64,000 bases of DNA from the human T2T-CHM13v2.0 reference genome, Homo sapiens: NCBI RefSeq assembly GCF_009914755.1, contig NC_060933.1; one strand, written 5' to 3'. Below the pieces are notes generated by a model, which saw nothing but the letters and a program-made list of their open reading frames with translations, made no database searches and was not told where the DNA came from. The translations under genes and the position numbers were made by a program. Below are positions 14,701 through 27,780 of the stretch, one piece after another. Within the stretch, counting starts at the first letter, position 1. The number at the start of each line of letters is the position of its first letter.

Positions 14701-15360
14701 AATGGAATGGAACGGAACGGAACGGAATGGAATGGAATGGAATGGAATGGAATGGAACGGAACGGAATGGAATGGAATGGAATGGAATGGAATCAACGCG
14801 AGTGCAGGGGAATGGAATGGAATGGAATGTAATGGAATGGAATCTTCCGGAATGGAATGGAATGGAATGGAATGGAATGAAAGGCAATGGATTAAACTCG
14901 ATTGCAATGGAATGGAAGAGAATGGAATGGAATGGAATGGAATAGAATGGAATGGAATGGAATGCCTTCAAACCGAAAGGAATGGAAAGGAATGGAATCA
15001 ACACGAGTGGAAAGGAATGGAATGGAAAGGAATGGAATGGAATGGAATGGTACGGAATAGAATGGAATGGAACGAACTGGAATGGAATGGAATGGAATGG
15101 AATGGAATGGAATGGAATCGTTCCGAGTGCAATAGGAGGGAATGTATTCGAGTGGAATGGAAAGGAATGGAATCAACCAGAGTGGAATGGAAGGGAATGG
15201 AATGGAATGGAAACTAATAGAATGGAATCAACCCGAGTGGAATGGAATGGAAAGGACTGGAATGGAATGGAATGGTATGGAATGGAATGGAATCAACTCG
15301 ATTGTAATGGAATGGAATGGAATGGAATGGAATGGAATGGAATGGAATGGAATTAACCCG
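11790..15360 (+). repeat. Two-copy ~1.85 kb tandem duplication within the satellite
   Basis: Rare words recur at 1842-1862 bp offset: GAAGTCAACTC (~12179/~14026), CAATCATTCCGAGT (~12264/14111), ACCGAATGGAG (~12650/~14502), GAAAGGCAAT (13032/14879), CGTTCCGAGT (13257/15119). Ends are approximate. Confidence 0.85.
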
Positions 15361-18300
15361 AATAGAATGGAATGGAATGGAATGGAACGGAACGGAACGG
15401 AACGGAACGGAATGGAATGGAATGGAACGGAAAGGAATGGAATGGAATGGAATGGAATGGAATGGAATGGAATGGAATCAACGCGAGTGCAGGGGAATGG
15501 AATGGAATGGAATGCAATGGAATGGAAGCTTCCGGAATGGAATGGAATGGAATGGAATGGAATGGAATGGAATGGAATGGAATAAACCCGAGTGCAATGG
15601 AATGGAGTGGAATGGAATGGAATGGAATGGAACAACCCGAATGGAATGGAATGTAATGGAGAGTAAGGGAGTTGAATAGAGTCAATCCGAATGTAATGGA
15701 ATGGAATGGAACGGAATGGAATTGAATGGAATGGAATGGAATGCAATGGAATGGAATCAACCCGAGTGCAATGGAATGGAGAGGAATGGAATGGAATGGA
15801 ATGGAAACTACCCGAATGGAATGGAATGTAATGGAGTGTAAGGGAATTGAATAGAATCAATCCGAATGGAATGGAATGGAATGGAACGGAATGGAATGGA
15901 ATGGAATGGAATGGAATGGAATGGAATGGAATTAACCCGAGTGCAATCGAATGGAATCGAATGGAATGGAATGCAATGGAATGGATTCAACTTGAATGGA
16001 ATGGAAAGAATGGAATCAACACGAGTGGAAGGGCATGGATTGGAATGCAATGGAATGGAATCAACTCGAGTACAGGGGAATGGAATGGAATGGAATGCAA
16101 TGGAATGGAATCATCCGTAATGGAATGGAAAGGAATGGAATGGAATGGAATGGAATGGAATGGAATGGAATGGAATGGAATCAACTCGATTGCAGTCGAA
16201 TGGAATGGAATGGAATCAACCCGACTGCAGGGGAATGGAATGGAATGGAATGCAATGGAATGGATTCAACTTGAATGGAATGGAAAGAATGGAATGGAAT
16301 GGAATGGAATGGAATGGAATGGAATGGAATCAACTCGATTGCAGTCGAATGGAATGGAATGGAATTAACCCGAATAGAATGGAATGGAATGGAATGGAAC
16401 GGAACGGAACGGATCGGAATGGAATGGAATGGAATGGAATGGAACGGAAAGGAATGGAATGGAATGGAATGGAATGGAATGGAATGGAATCAACGCGAGT
16501 GCAGGGGAATGGAATGGAATGGAATGCAATGGAATGGAATCATCCGGAATGGAATGGAATGGAATGGAATGGAATCAACCCGAGTGCAATGGAATGGAGT
16601 GGAATGGAATGGAATGGAATGGAACAACCCGAATGGAATGGAATGTAATGGAGAGTAAGGGAGTTGAATAGAATCAATCCGAATGTAATGGAATGGAATG
16701 CAGCGGAATAGAATGGAATGGAATGCAATGGAATGCAATCAACCCGAGTACAATGGAATGGAATGGAATGGAATGGAATGGAATGGAATGCCTTCAAACC
16801 GAATGGAATGGAAATGAATGGAATCAACACGAGTGGAAAGTAATGGAATGGAATGGAATGATACGGAATAGAATGGAATGGAACGAAATGGAATGGAATG
16901 GAATGGAATGGAATGGAATGGAATGGATTGGAATCGTTCCGAGTGGAATAGGAGGGAATGTATTCGAGTGGAATGGAAAGGAATGGAATCAACCAGAGTG
17001 GAATGGAAGGGAATGGAATGGAATGGAAACTAATAGAATGGAATCAACCCGAGTGGAATGGAATGGAAAGGACTGGAATGGAATGGAATGGAATGGAATG
17101 GAATGGAATCAATTCGATTGTAATGGAATGGAATGGAATGGAATGGAATGGAATGGAATGGAATTAACCCGAATACAATGGAATGGAATGGAATGGAACG
17201 GAATGGAGTGGAATGGAATGGAATCAACCCGAGTGCAGGGGAATGGAATGGAATGGAATGCAATGGAATGGAATCATCCGGAATGGAATGGAATGGAATG
17301 GAATGCAAAGCAATGGAATCAACTCGATTGCAATGGAATGGAATGGAATGGAAAGGAATACATTGGAATCAACCCGAGTGGAATGGAATGGAAAGGACTG
17401 GAATGGAGTGGAATGGAATGGAATGGAATGGAATGGAATGGAATCAACTCGATTGGAATGGAATGGAATGGAATGGAATGGAATGGAATTAACCCGAATA
17501 GAATGGAATGGAATGGAATGGAACGGAACGGAACGGAACGGAACGGAACGGAATGGAATGGAATGGAATGGAAAGGAATGGAATCAACCCGACTGCAGGG
17601 GAATGGAATGGAATGGAATGCAATGGAATGAATTCAACTTGAATGGAATGGAAAGAATGGAATCAACACGAGTGGAATGGCATGGATTGGAATGGAATGG
17701 AATGGAATGAAACCGAGTACAGGGGAATGGAATGGAATGGAATGCAATGGAATGGAATCATCCGTAATGGAAAGGAAAGGAATGGAATGGAATGGAATGG
17801 ATTGGAATTGAATGGAATCAACTCGATTGCAATCGAATGGAATGGAATGGAATTAACCCGAATAGAATGGAATGGAATGGAACAGAAAGGAACGGAATGG
17901 AATGGATTGGAATGGAATGGAATGGAATGGAAGGGAACGGAAAGGAATGGAATGGAATGGAATGGAATGGATTGGAATGGAATGGAATGGAATGGAATGG
18001 AATGGAATGGAATGGAATGGAATCAACTCGATTGCAATCGAATGGAATGGAATGGAATTAACCCGAATAGAATGGAATGGAATGGAATGGAACGGAACGG
18101 AACGGAATGGAATGGAATGGAATGGAATGGAATGCAATGGAATGGAACGGAAAGGAATGGAATGGAATGGAATGGAATGGAATGGAATGGAATGGAATCA
18201 ACGCGAGTGCAGGGGAATGGAATGGAATGGAATGCAATGGAATGGAATCTTCCGGAATGGAATGGAATGGAATGGAATGGAATGGAATGGAATGGAATGG

Positions 18301-20099
18301 AATAAACCCGAGTGCAATGGAATGGAGTGGAATGGAATGGAATGGAATGGAACAGCCCGAATGGAATGGAATGTAATGGAGAGTAAGGGAGTTGAATAGA
18401 ATCAATCCGAATGTAATGGAATGGAATGAAACGGAATGGAATTGAATGGAATGGAATGGAATGCAATGGAATGGAATCAACCCGAGTGCAATGGAATGGA
18501 GAGGAATGGAATGGAATGGAATGGAAACTACCTGAATGGAATGGAATGTAATGGAGTGTAAGGGAATTGAATAGAATCAATCCGAGTGGAATGGAATGGA
18601 ATGGAACGGAATGGAATGGAATGGAATGGAATGCAATGGAATGGAATCAACCCGAGTGCAATCGAATGGAATCGAATGGAATGGAATGCAATGGAATGGA
18701 TTCAACTTGAATGGAATGGAAAGAATGGAATCAACACGAGTGGAAGGGCATGGATTGGAATGCAATGGAATGGAATCAACCCGAGTACAGGGGAATGGAA
18801 TGGAATGGGATGCAATGGAATGGAATCATCCGTAATGGAATGGAAAGGAATGGAATGGAATGGAATGGAATGGAATGGAATGGAATGGAATGGAATCAAC
18901 ACGATTGCAATCGAATGGAATGGAATGGAAATAACCCGAATAGAATGGAATGGAATGGAATGGAATGGAACGGAATGGAATGGAATAGAATCAACCCGAG
19001 TGCAGGGGAATGGAATGGAATGGAATGCAATGGAATGGAATCATCCGGAATGGAATGGAATGGAATGGAATGCAAAGCAATGGAATCAACTCGATTGCAA
19101 TGGAATGCAATGGAATGGAAAGGAATACATTGGAATCAACCCGAGTGGAATGGAATGGAAAGGACTGGAATGGAGTGGAATGGAATGGAATGGAATGGAA
19201 TGGAATCAACTCGATTGGAATGGAATGGAATGGAATGGAATGGAATGGAATTAACCCGAATAGAATGGAATGGAATGGAGTGGAAACTACCCGAATGGAA
19301 TGGAATGCAATGGAATGGAATCAACCCGAGTGCAATGGAATGGAGAGAAATGGAATGGAATGGAGTGGAAACTACCCGAATGGAATGGAATGTAATGGAG
19401 TGTAAGGGAATTGAATAGAATCAATCCGAATGTAATGGAAAAGAATGGAAAGGAATGGAATGGAATGGAATGGAATGGAATGGAATGGAATGGAAAGGAA
19501 TGCAATGGAATGGAATCAATCCGAGTGCAATCGAATGGAATCGAATGGAATGGAATGCAATGGAATGGAATCAACTCGATTGCAATCGAATGCAATGGAA
19601 TGGAATTAACCCAAATAGAATGGAATGGAATGGAATGGAAAGGAACGGAATGGAATGGAATGGAATGGAATGGAATGGAATGGAACGGAACGGAATGGAA
19701 TGGAATGGAATGGAATGGAATCAACGCGAGTGCAGGGGAATGGAATGGAATGGAATGCAATGGAATGGAATGGAATGGGATCAACGCGAGTGCAGGGGAA
19801 TGGAATAGAATGGAATGCAATGGAATGGAATCTTCCGGAATGGAATGCAATGGAATGGAATGGAATGAAATGCAATGGATTCAACTCGATTGCAATGGAA
19901 TGGAATAGAATGGAATGGAATGGAATGGAATGGAATGAACCCGAATAGAATGGAATGGAATGCAATGGAACGGAATGGAACGGAATGGAATGGAATGGAA
20001 TGGAATGGAATGGTATGGAACGGAATGGAATGGTACGGAATAGAATGGAATGTAACGAATTGTAATGGAATGGAATTGAATGGAATGGAATGGAATCAA

Positions 20100-23000
20100 C
20101 GCGAGTGCAGGGGAATGTAATGGAACGGAATGCAATGGAATGGAATCATCCGGAATGGAATGGAATGGAATGGAATGGAATGGAATGGAATGGAATGGAA
20201 TCAACCCGAGTGCAATGGAATGGAGTGGAATGGAATGGAATGGAATGGAACAACCAGAATGGAATGGAATGTAATGGAATGTAAGGGAGTTGAATAGAAT
20301 CAATCCGAATGTAATGGAATGGAATGCAACGGAATGGAATGGAATGGAATGCAATGGATAGCAATCAACCCGAGTACAATGGAATGGAATGGAATGGAAT
20401 GGAATGGAATGGAATGGAATGCCTTCAAAACGAATGGAATGGAAAGGAATGGAATCAACACGAGTGGAATGGAATGGAATGGAATGGAATGGAATGGAAT
20501 GATACAGAATAGAATGGAATGGAACGAAATGGAATGGAATGGAATGGAAAGGAATGGAATGGAATGGAATCGTTCCGAGTGGAATAGGAGGGAATGTATT
20601 CGAGTGGAATGGAAAGGAATGGAATCAACCAGAGTGGAATGGAAGGGAATGGAATGGAATGGAAACTAATAGAATGGAATTAACCCGAGTGGAATGGAAT
20701 GGAAAGGACTGGAATGGAATGGAATGGAATGGTATCAACTCGATTGTAATGGAATGTAATGGAATGGAATGGAATGGAATGGAATTAACCCCAATAAAAT
20801 GGAATGGAATGGAATGGAATGGAATGGAGTGGAATGGAATGGAATCAACCCGAGTGCAGGGGAATGGAATGGAATGGAATGCAATGGAATGGAATAATCC
20901 GGTATGGAATGGAATGGAATGGAATGCAAAGCAATGGAATCAACTCGATTGCAATGGAATGGAATGCAATGGAAAGGAATACATTGGAATCAACCCGAGT
21001 GGAATGGAATGGAAACGACTGGAATGGAGTGGAATGGAATGGAATGGAATGGAATGGAATCGACTCGATTGGAATGGAATGGAATGGAATGGAATAGAAT
21101 TGAATGGAATGGAATCAACCCGACTGCAGGGGAATGGAATGGAATGGAATGCAATGGAATGGATTCAACTTGAATGGAATGGAAAGAATGGAATCAACAC
21201 GAGTGGAATGGCATGGATTGGAATGGAATGGAATGGAATGAACCCGAGTACAGGGGAATGGAATGGAATGGAATGCAATGGAATGGAATCATCCGTAATG
21301 GAATGGAAAGGAATGGAATGGAATGGAATGGAATGGAATGGAATGGAATGGAATCAACACGATTGCAATCGAATGGAATGGAATGGAATTAAACCGAATA
21401 GAATGGAATGGAATGGAATGGAACGGAACGCAGTGGAATTGAATGGAATCAACCCGAGTGCAGGGGAATGGAATGGAATGGAATGCAATGGAATGGAATC
21501 ATCCGGAATGGAATGGAATGGAATGGAATGCAAAGCAATGGAATCAACTCGATTGCAATCGAATGGAATGGAATGGAATTAACCCGAATAGAATGGAATG
21601 GAATGGAATGGAAAGGAACGGAATGGAATGGAATGGAATGGAATGGAATGGAATGGAACGGAACGGAATGGAATGGAATGGAATGGAATGGAATCAACGC
21701 GAGTGCAGGGGAATGTAATGGAAAGGAATGCAATGGAATGGAATCATCCGGAATGGAATGGAATGGAATGGAATGGAACGGAATGAAATCAACCCGAGTG
21801 CAATGGAATGGAGTGGAATGGAATGGAATGGAATGGAACAACACGAATGGAATGGAATGTAATGGAATGTAAGGGAGTTGAATAGAATCAATCCGAATGT
21901 AATGGAATGGAATGCAACGGAATGGAATGGAATGGAATGCAATGGAATGCAATCAACCAGAGTAAAATGGAATGGAATGGAATGGAATAGAATGGAATGG
22001 AATGGAATGGAATGGAATGGAATGCCTTCAAACCGAATGGAATTGTAAGGAATGGAATCAAGACGAGTGGAATGGAATGGAATGGAATGGAATGGAATGG
22101 AATGGAATGGAATGGAATGATACGGAATAGAATGGAATGGAACGAAATGGAATGGAATGGAATGGAATGGAATGGAATGGAATGGAATGGAATGGAATCG
22201 TTCCGAGTGGAATAGGAGGGAATGTATTCGAGTGGAATGGAAAGGAATGGAATCAACCAGAGTGGAATGGAAGGGAATGGAATGGAATGGAAACTAATAG
22301 AATGGAATCAACCTGAGTGGAATGGAATGGAAAGCAATGGAATGGAATGGAATGGAATGGAATCAACTCGATTGTAATGGAATGGAATGGAATGGAATGG
22401 AATGGAATGGAATGGAATGGAATTAACCCGAATACAATGGAATGGAATGGAAAGGAACGGAATGGAGTGGAATGGAATGGAATCAACCCGAGTGCAGGGG
22501 AATGGAATGGAATGGAATGGAATGCAATGGAATGGAATCATCCGGAATGGAATGGAAAGGAATGGAATGCAAAGCAATGGAATCAACTCGATTGCAATGG
22601 AATGGAATGGAATGGAAAGGAATACATTGGAATCAACCCGAGTGGAATGGAATGGAAAGGACTGGAATGGAGTGGAATGGAATGGAATGGAATGGAATGG
22701 AATGGAATGAACTCGATTGGAATGGAATGGAATGCAATGGAATGGAATGGAATGGAATGGAATTAACCCGAATAGAATGGAATGGAATGGCATGGAATGG
22801 AACGGAACGGAATGGAATGGAATGGAATGGAATGGAATGGAATGGAATGGAATCAACCCGACTGCAGGGGAATGGAATGGAATGGAATGCAATGGAATGG
22901 ATTCAACTTGAATGGAATGGAAAGAATGGAATCAACACGAGTGGAATGGCATGGATTGGAATGGAATGGAATGGAATGAACCCGAGTACAGGGGAATGGA

Positions 23001-23100
23001 ATGGAATGGAATGCAATGGAATGGAATCATCAGTAATGGAATGGAAAGGAATGGAATGGAATGGAATGGAATGGAATGGAATTGAATGGAATCAACTCGA
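20100..23100 (+). repeat. Diverged ~1.6-1.7 kb two-copy tandem duplication
   Basis: Shared rare variants: GGAATGTAAGGGAGTT replacing GGAGAGTAAGG (~20276/~21865), CGTTCCGAGT (20571/22199), GAACCCGAGTAC (~21240/~22978). Ends are approximate. Confidence 0.65.
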
Positions 23101-26100
23101 TTGCAATCGAATGGAATGGAATGGAATTAACCCTAATAGAATGGAATGGAATGGAATGGAACGGAACGGAACGGAACGGAATGGAATGGAATGGAATGGA
23201 ATGGAATGGAATGGAATGGAAAGGAAAGGAATGGAATGGAATGGAATGGAATGGAATGGAATGGAATGTAACGGAATGGAATCAACGCGAGTGCAGGGGA
23301 ATGGAATGGAATGGAATGCAATGGAATGGAATCTTCCGGAATGGAATGGAATGGAATGGAATGGAATGGAATGGAATGGAATAAACCCGAGTGCAATGGA
23401 ATGGAGTGGAATGGAATGGAATGGAATGGAACAGCCCAAATCGAATGGAACGTAATGTAGAGTAAGGGAGTTGAATAGAATCAATCCGAATGTAATGGAA
23501 TGGAATGGAACGGAATGGAATTGAATGGAATGGAATGGAATGCAATGGAATGGAATCAACCCTAGTGCAATGGAATGGAGAGGAATGGAATGGAATGGAG
23601 TGCAAACTACCCGAATGGAATAGAATGTAATGGAGTGTAAGGGAATTGAATAGAATCAATCCGAATGTAATGGAATGGAATGGAACGGAATGGAATGGAA
23701 TGGAATGGAATGGAATGGAATGGAATGCAATGGAATGGAATCAACCCGAGTGCAATCGAATGGAATCGAATGGAATGGAATGCAATGGAATGGATTCAAC
23801 TTGAATGGAATGGAAAGAATGGAATCAACACGAGTGGAAGGGCATGGATTGGAATGCAATGGAATGGAATCAACCCGAGTACAGGGGAATGGAATGGAAT
23901 GGAATGCAATGGAATGGAATCATCCGTAATGGAATGGAAAGGAATGGAATGGAATGGAATGGAATGGAATGGAATGGATTGGAATCAACACGATTGCAAA
24001 CGAATGGAATGGAATGGAATTAACCCGAATAGAGTGGAATGGAATGGAATGGAACGGAACGGAATGGAATGGAATGGAATGGAATGGAACGGAACGGAAC
24101 GGAATGGAATGGAATGGAATGGAATGGAATGGAATGGAATCAACGCGAGTGCAGGGGAATGGAATGGAATGCAATGCAATGGAATGGAATCTTCCGGAAT
24201 GGAATGGAATGGAATGGAATGGAATGGAATGAAATGCAATGGATTCAACTCGATTGCAATGGAATGGAATAGAATGGAATGGAATGGAATGGAATGGAAT
24301 TAACCCGAATAGAATGGAATGGAATGGAACGGAATGGAATGGAATGGAATGGAATGGAATGGAATGGAATGGAATGGTATGGAATGGAATAGAATGGTAC
24401 GGAATAGAATGGAATGGAACGAATTGTAATGGAATGGAATTGAATGGAATGGAAAGGAATGGAATGGAATCAACGCGAGTGCAGGGGAATGTAATGGAAC
24501 GGAATGCAATGGAATGGAATCATCCGGAATGGAATGGAATGGAATGGAATGGAATGGAATGGAATCAACCCGAGTGCAATGGAATGGAGTGGAAAGGAAT
24601 GGAATGGAATGGAAGAACCCGAATGGAATGGAATGTAATGGACAGTAAGGGAGTTGAATAGAATCAATCCGAATGTAATGGAATGGAATGCAACGGAATG
24701 GAATGGAATGGAATGGAATGGAATGGAATGCAAAGGAATGGAATCAACCCGAGTGGAATGGCATGGAATGGAATGCAATGGAATGGAATGGAATGGAATC
24801 AACTCGAGTGGAAAGGAATGGAATGGAATGGAAAGGAATGGAATGAAGTCAACTCGAGTGGAATGGAATGGAATGGAATGGATTGGAATGGATTGCAGTG
24901 GAATGAAATGGAATGGAATGGAATGGAATCAATCATTCCGAGTGGAATGGAAGGGAATTTAATGGAGTGGAAAGAAGGGAATGGAATCAACCCGAGTGGA
25001 ATGCAAGGCAATGGAATGGAATGGAAAGGAATGGAATGGAATCAACACGATTGCAATGGAATGGAATGGAATGGAATGGAATGGATGGAATTAACCGGAA
25101 TAGAATGGAATGGAATGGAATGGAAGGGAATGGAATGGAACGGAATGGAATGGAATGGAGTGGAATGGAATCAACGCGAGTGCAGGGGAATGGAATGGAA
25201 TGGAATGCAATGCAATGGAAACTTCCGGAATGGAATGGAATGGAATGGAATGGAATGAAATGCAATGGATTCAACTCGATTGCAATGGAATGGAATAGAA
25301 TGGAATGGAATGGAATGGAATGGAATTAATCCGAATAGAATGGAATGGAATGGAATGGAACGGAATGGAACGGAATGGAATGGAATGGAATGGAATGGAA
25401 TGGTATGGAATGGAATGGAATGGTACGGAATAGAATGGAATGGAACGAATTGTAATGGAATGGAATTGAATGGAATGGAATGGAATGGAATGGAATCAAC
25501 GCGAGTGCAGGGGAATGTAATGGAACGGAATGCAATGGAATGGAATCATCCGGAATGGAATGGAATGGAATGGAATGGAATGGAATGGAATGGAATGGAA
25601 TCAACCCGAGTGCAATGGAATGGAGTGGAATGGAATGGAATGGAATGGAACAACCCGAATGGAATGGAATGTAATGGAGAGTAAGGGAGTTGAATAGAAT
25701 CAATCCGAATGTAATGGAATGGAATGCAACGGAATGGAATGGAAAGGAATGGAATGGAATGCAATGGAATGGAATCAACCCGAGTACAATGGAATGGAAT
25801 GGAATGGAATGGAATGGAATGGAATGGAATGGAATGATACGGAATAGAATGGAATGGAACGAAATGGAATGGAATGGAATGGAATGGAATGGAATGCAAT
25901 GGAATGGAATGGAATGGAATGGAATGGAATCGTTCCGAGTGTAATAGGAGGGAATGTATTCGAGTGGAATGGAAAGGAATGGAATCAACCAGAGTGGAAT
26001 GGAAGGGAATGGAATGGAAACTAATAGAATGGAATCAACCCGAGTGGAATAGAATGGAAAGGACTGGAATGGAATGGAATGGAATGGAATCAACTCGTTT

Positions 26101-26150
26101 GTAATGGAATGGAATGGAATGGAATGGAATGGAATGGAATGGAATGGAAT

Positions 26151-27780
26151 GGAATTAACCCGAATACAATGGAAGGGAATGGAATGGAATGGAAACTAAT
26201 AGAATGGAATCAACCTGAGTGGAATGGAATGGAAAGGACTGGAATGGAATAGAATGGAATGGAATGGAATCAACTCGATTGTAATGGAATGGAATGGAAT
26301 GGAATGGAATGGAATGGAGTGGAATGGAATGGAATCAACCCGAGTGCAGGGGAATGGAATGGAATGGAATGCAATGGAATGGAACCATCCGGAATGGAAT
26401 GGAATGGAATGGAATGCAAAATAATGGAATCATCTCGATTGCAATGGAATGGAATGGAATAGAATGGAATGGAATTAACACGAATAGAATGGAATGTAAT
26501 GGAATTGAATGGAACAGAAAGGAATGGAATGGAATGGAATGGAATGGAATGGAATCGAATGGAATGGAGTGGAATTAACCGGAATAGAATGGAATGGAAT
26601 GGAATGGAACGGAATGAAATGGAATGGAATGGAATGGAATGGAATGGAATCAACTCGAGTGCAGGGGAATGGAATGGAATGGAATGCAATGGAATTAACC
26701 CGAATACAATGGAAGGGAATGGAATGGAATGGAAACTAATAGAATGGAATCAACCTGAGTGGAATGGAATGGAAAGGACTGGAATGGAATAGAATGGAAT
26801 GGAATGGAATCAACTCGATTGTAATGGAATGGAATGGAATGGAATGGAATGGAATGGAGTGGAATGGAATGGAATCAACCCGAGTGCAGGGGAATGGAAT
26901 GGAATGGAATGCAATGGAATGGAACCATCCGGAATGGAATGGAATGGAATGGAATGCAAAATAATGGAATCATCTCGATTGCAATGGAATGGAATGGAAT
27001 AGAATGGAATGGAATTAACACGAATAGAATGGAATGTAATGGAATTGAATGGAACAGAAAGGAATGGAATGGAATGGAATGGAATGGAATGGAATCGAAT
27101 GGAATGGAGTGGAATTAACCGGAATAGAATGGAATGGAATGGAATGGAACGGAATGAAATGGAATGGAATGGAATGGAATGGAATGGAATCAACCCGAGT
27201 GCAGGGGAATGGAATGGAATGGAATGGAATGCAATGGAATTAACCCGAATACAATGGAAGGGAATGGAATGGAATGGAAACTAATAGAATGGAATCAACC
27301 TGAGTGGAATGGAATGGAAAGGACTGGAATGGAATAGAATGGAATGGAATGGAATCAACTCGATTGTAATGGAATGGAATGGAATGGAATGGAATGGAAT
27401 GGAGTGGAATGCAATGGAATCAACCCGAGTGCAGGGGAATGGAATGGAATGGAATGCAATGGAATGGAACCATCCGGAATGGAATGGAATGGAATGGAAT
27501 GCAAAATAATGGAATCATCTCGATTGCAATGGAATGGAATGGAATAGAATGGAATGGAATTAACACGAATAGAATGGAATGTAATGGAATTGAATGGAAC
27601 AGAAAGGAATGGAATGGAATGGAATGGAATGGAATGGAATCGAATGGAATGGAGTGGAATTAACCGGAATAGAATGGAATGGAATGGAATGGAACGGAAT
27701 GAAATGGAATGGAATGGAATGGAATGGAATGGAATCAACCCGAGTGCAGGGGAATGGAATGGAATGGAATGCAATGGAAT
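26151..27780 (+). repeat. Three-copy near-perfect 540-bp tandem repeat (units start 26151, 26691, 27236)
   Basis: The lines starting 26161-26581 are repeated verbatim at 26701-27121. Matching ORFs start at 26224/26764/27309 and 26509/27049/27594. Private markers are GGAACCATCC, GCAAAATAAT and CATCTCGATTGC. Confidence 0.96.
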
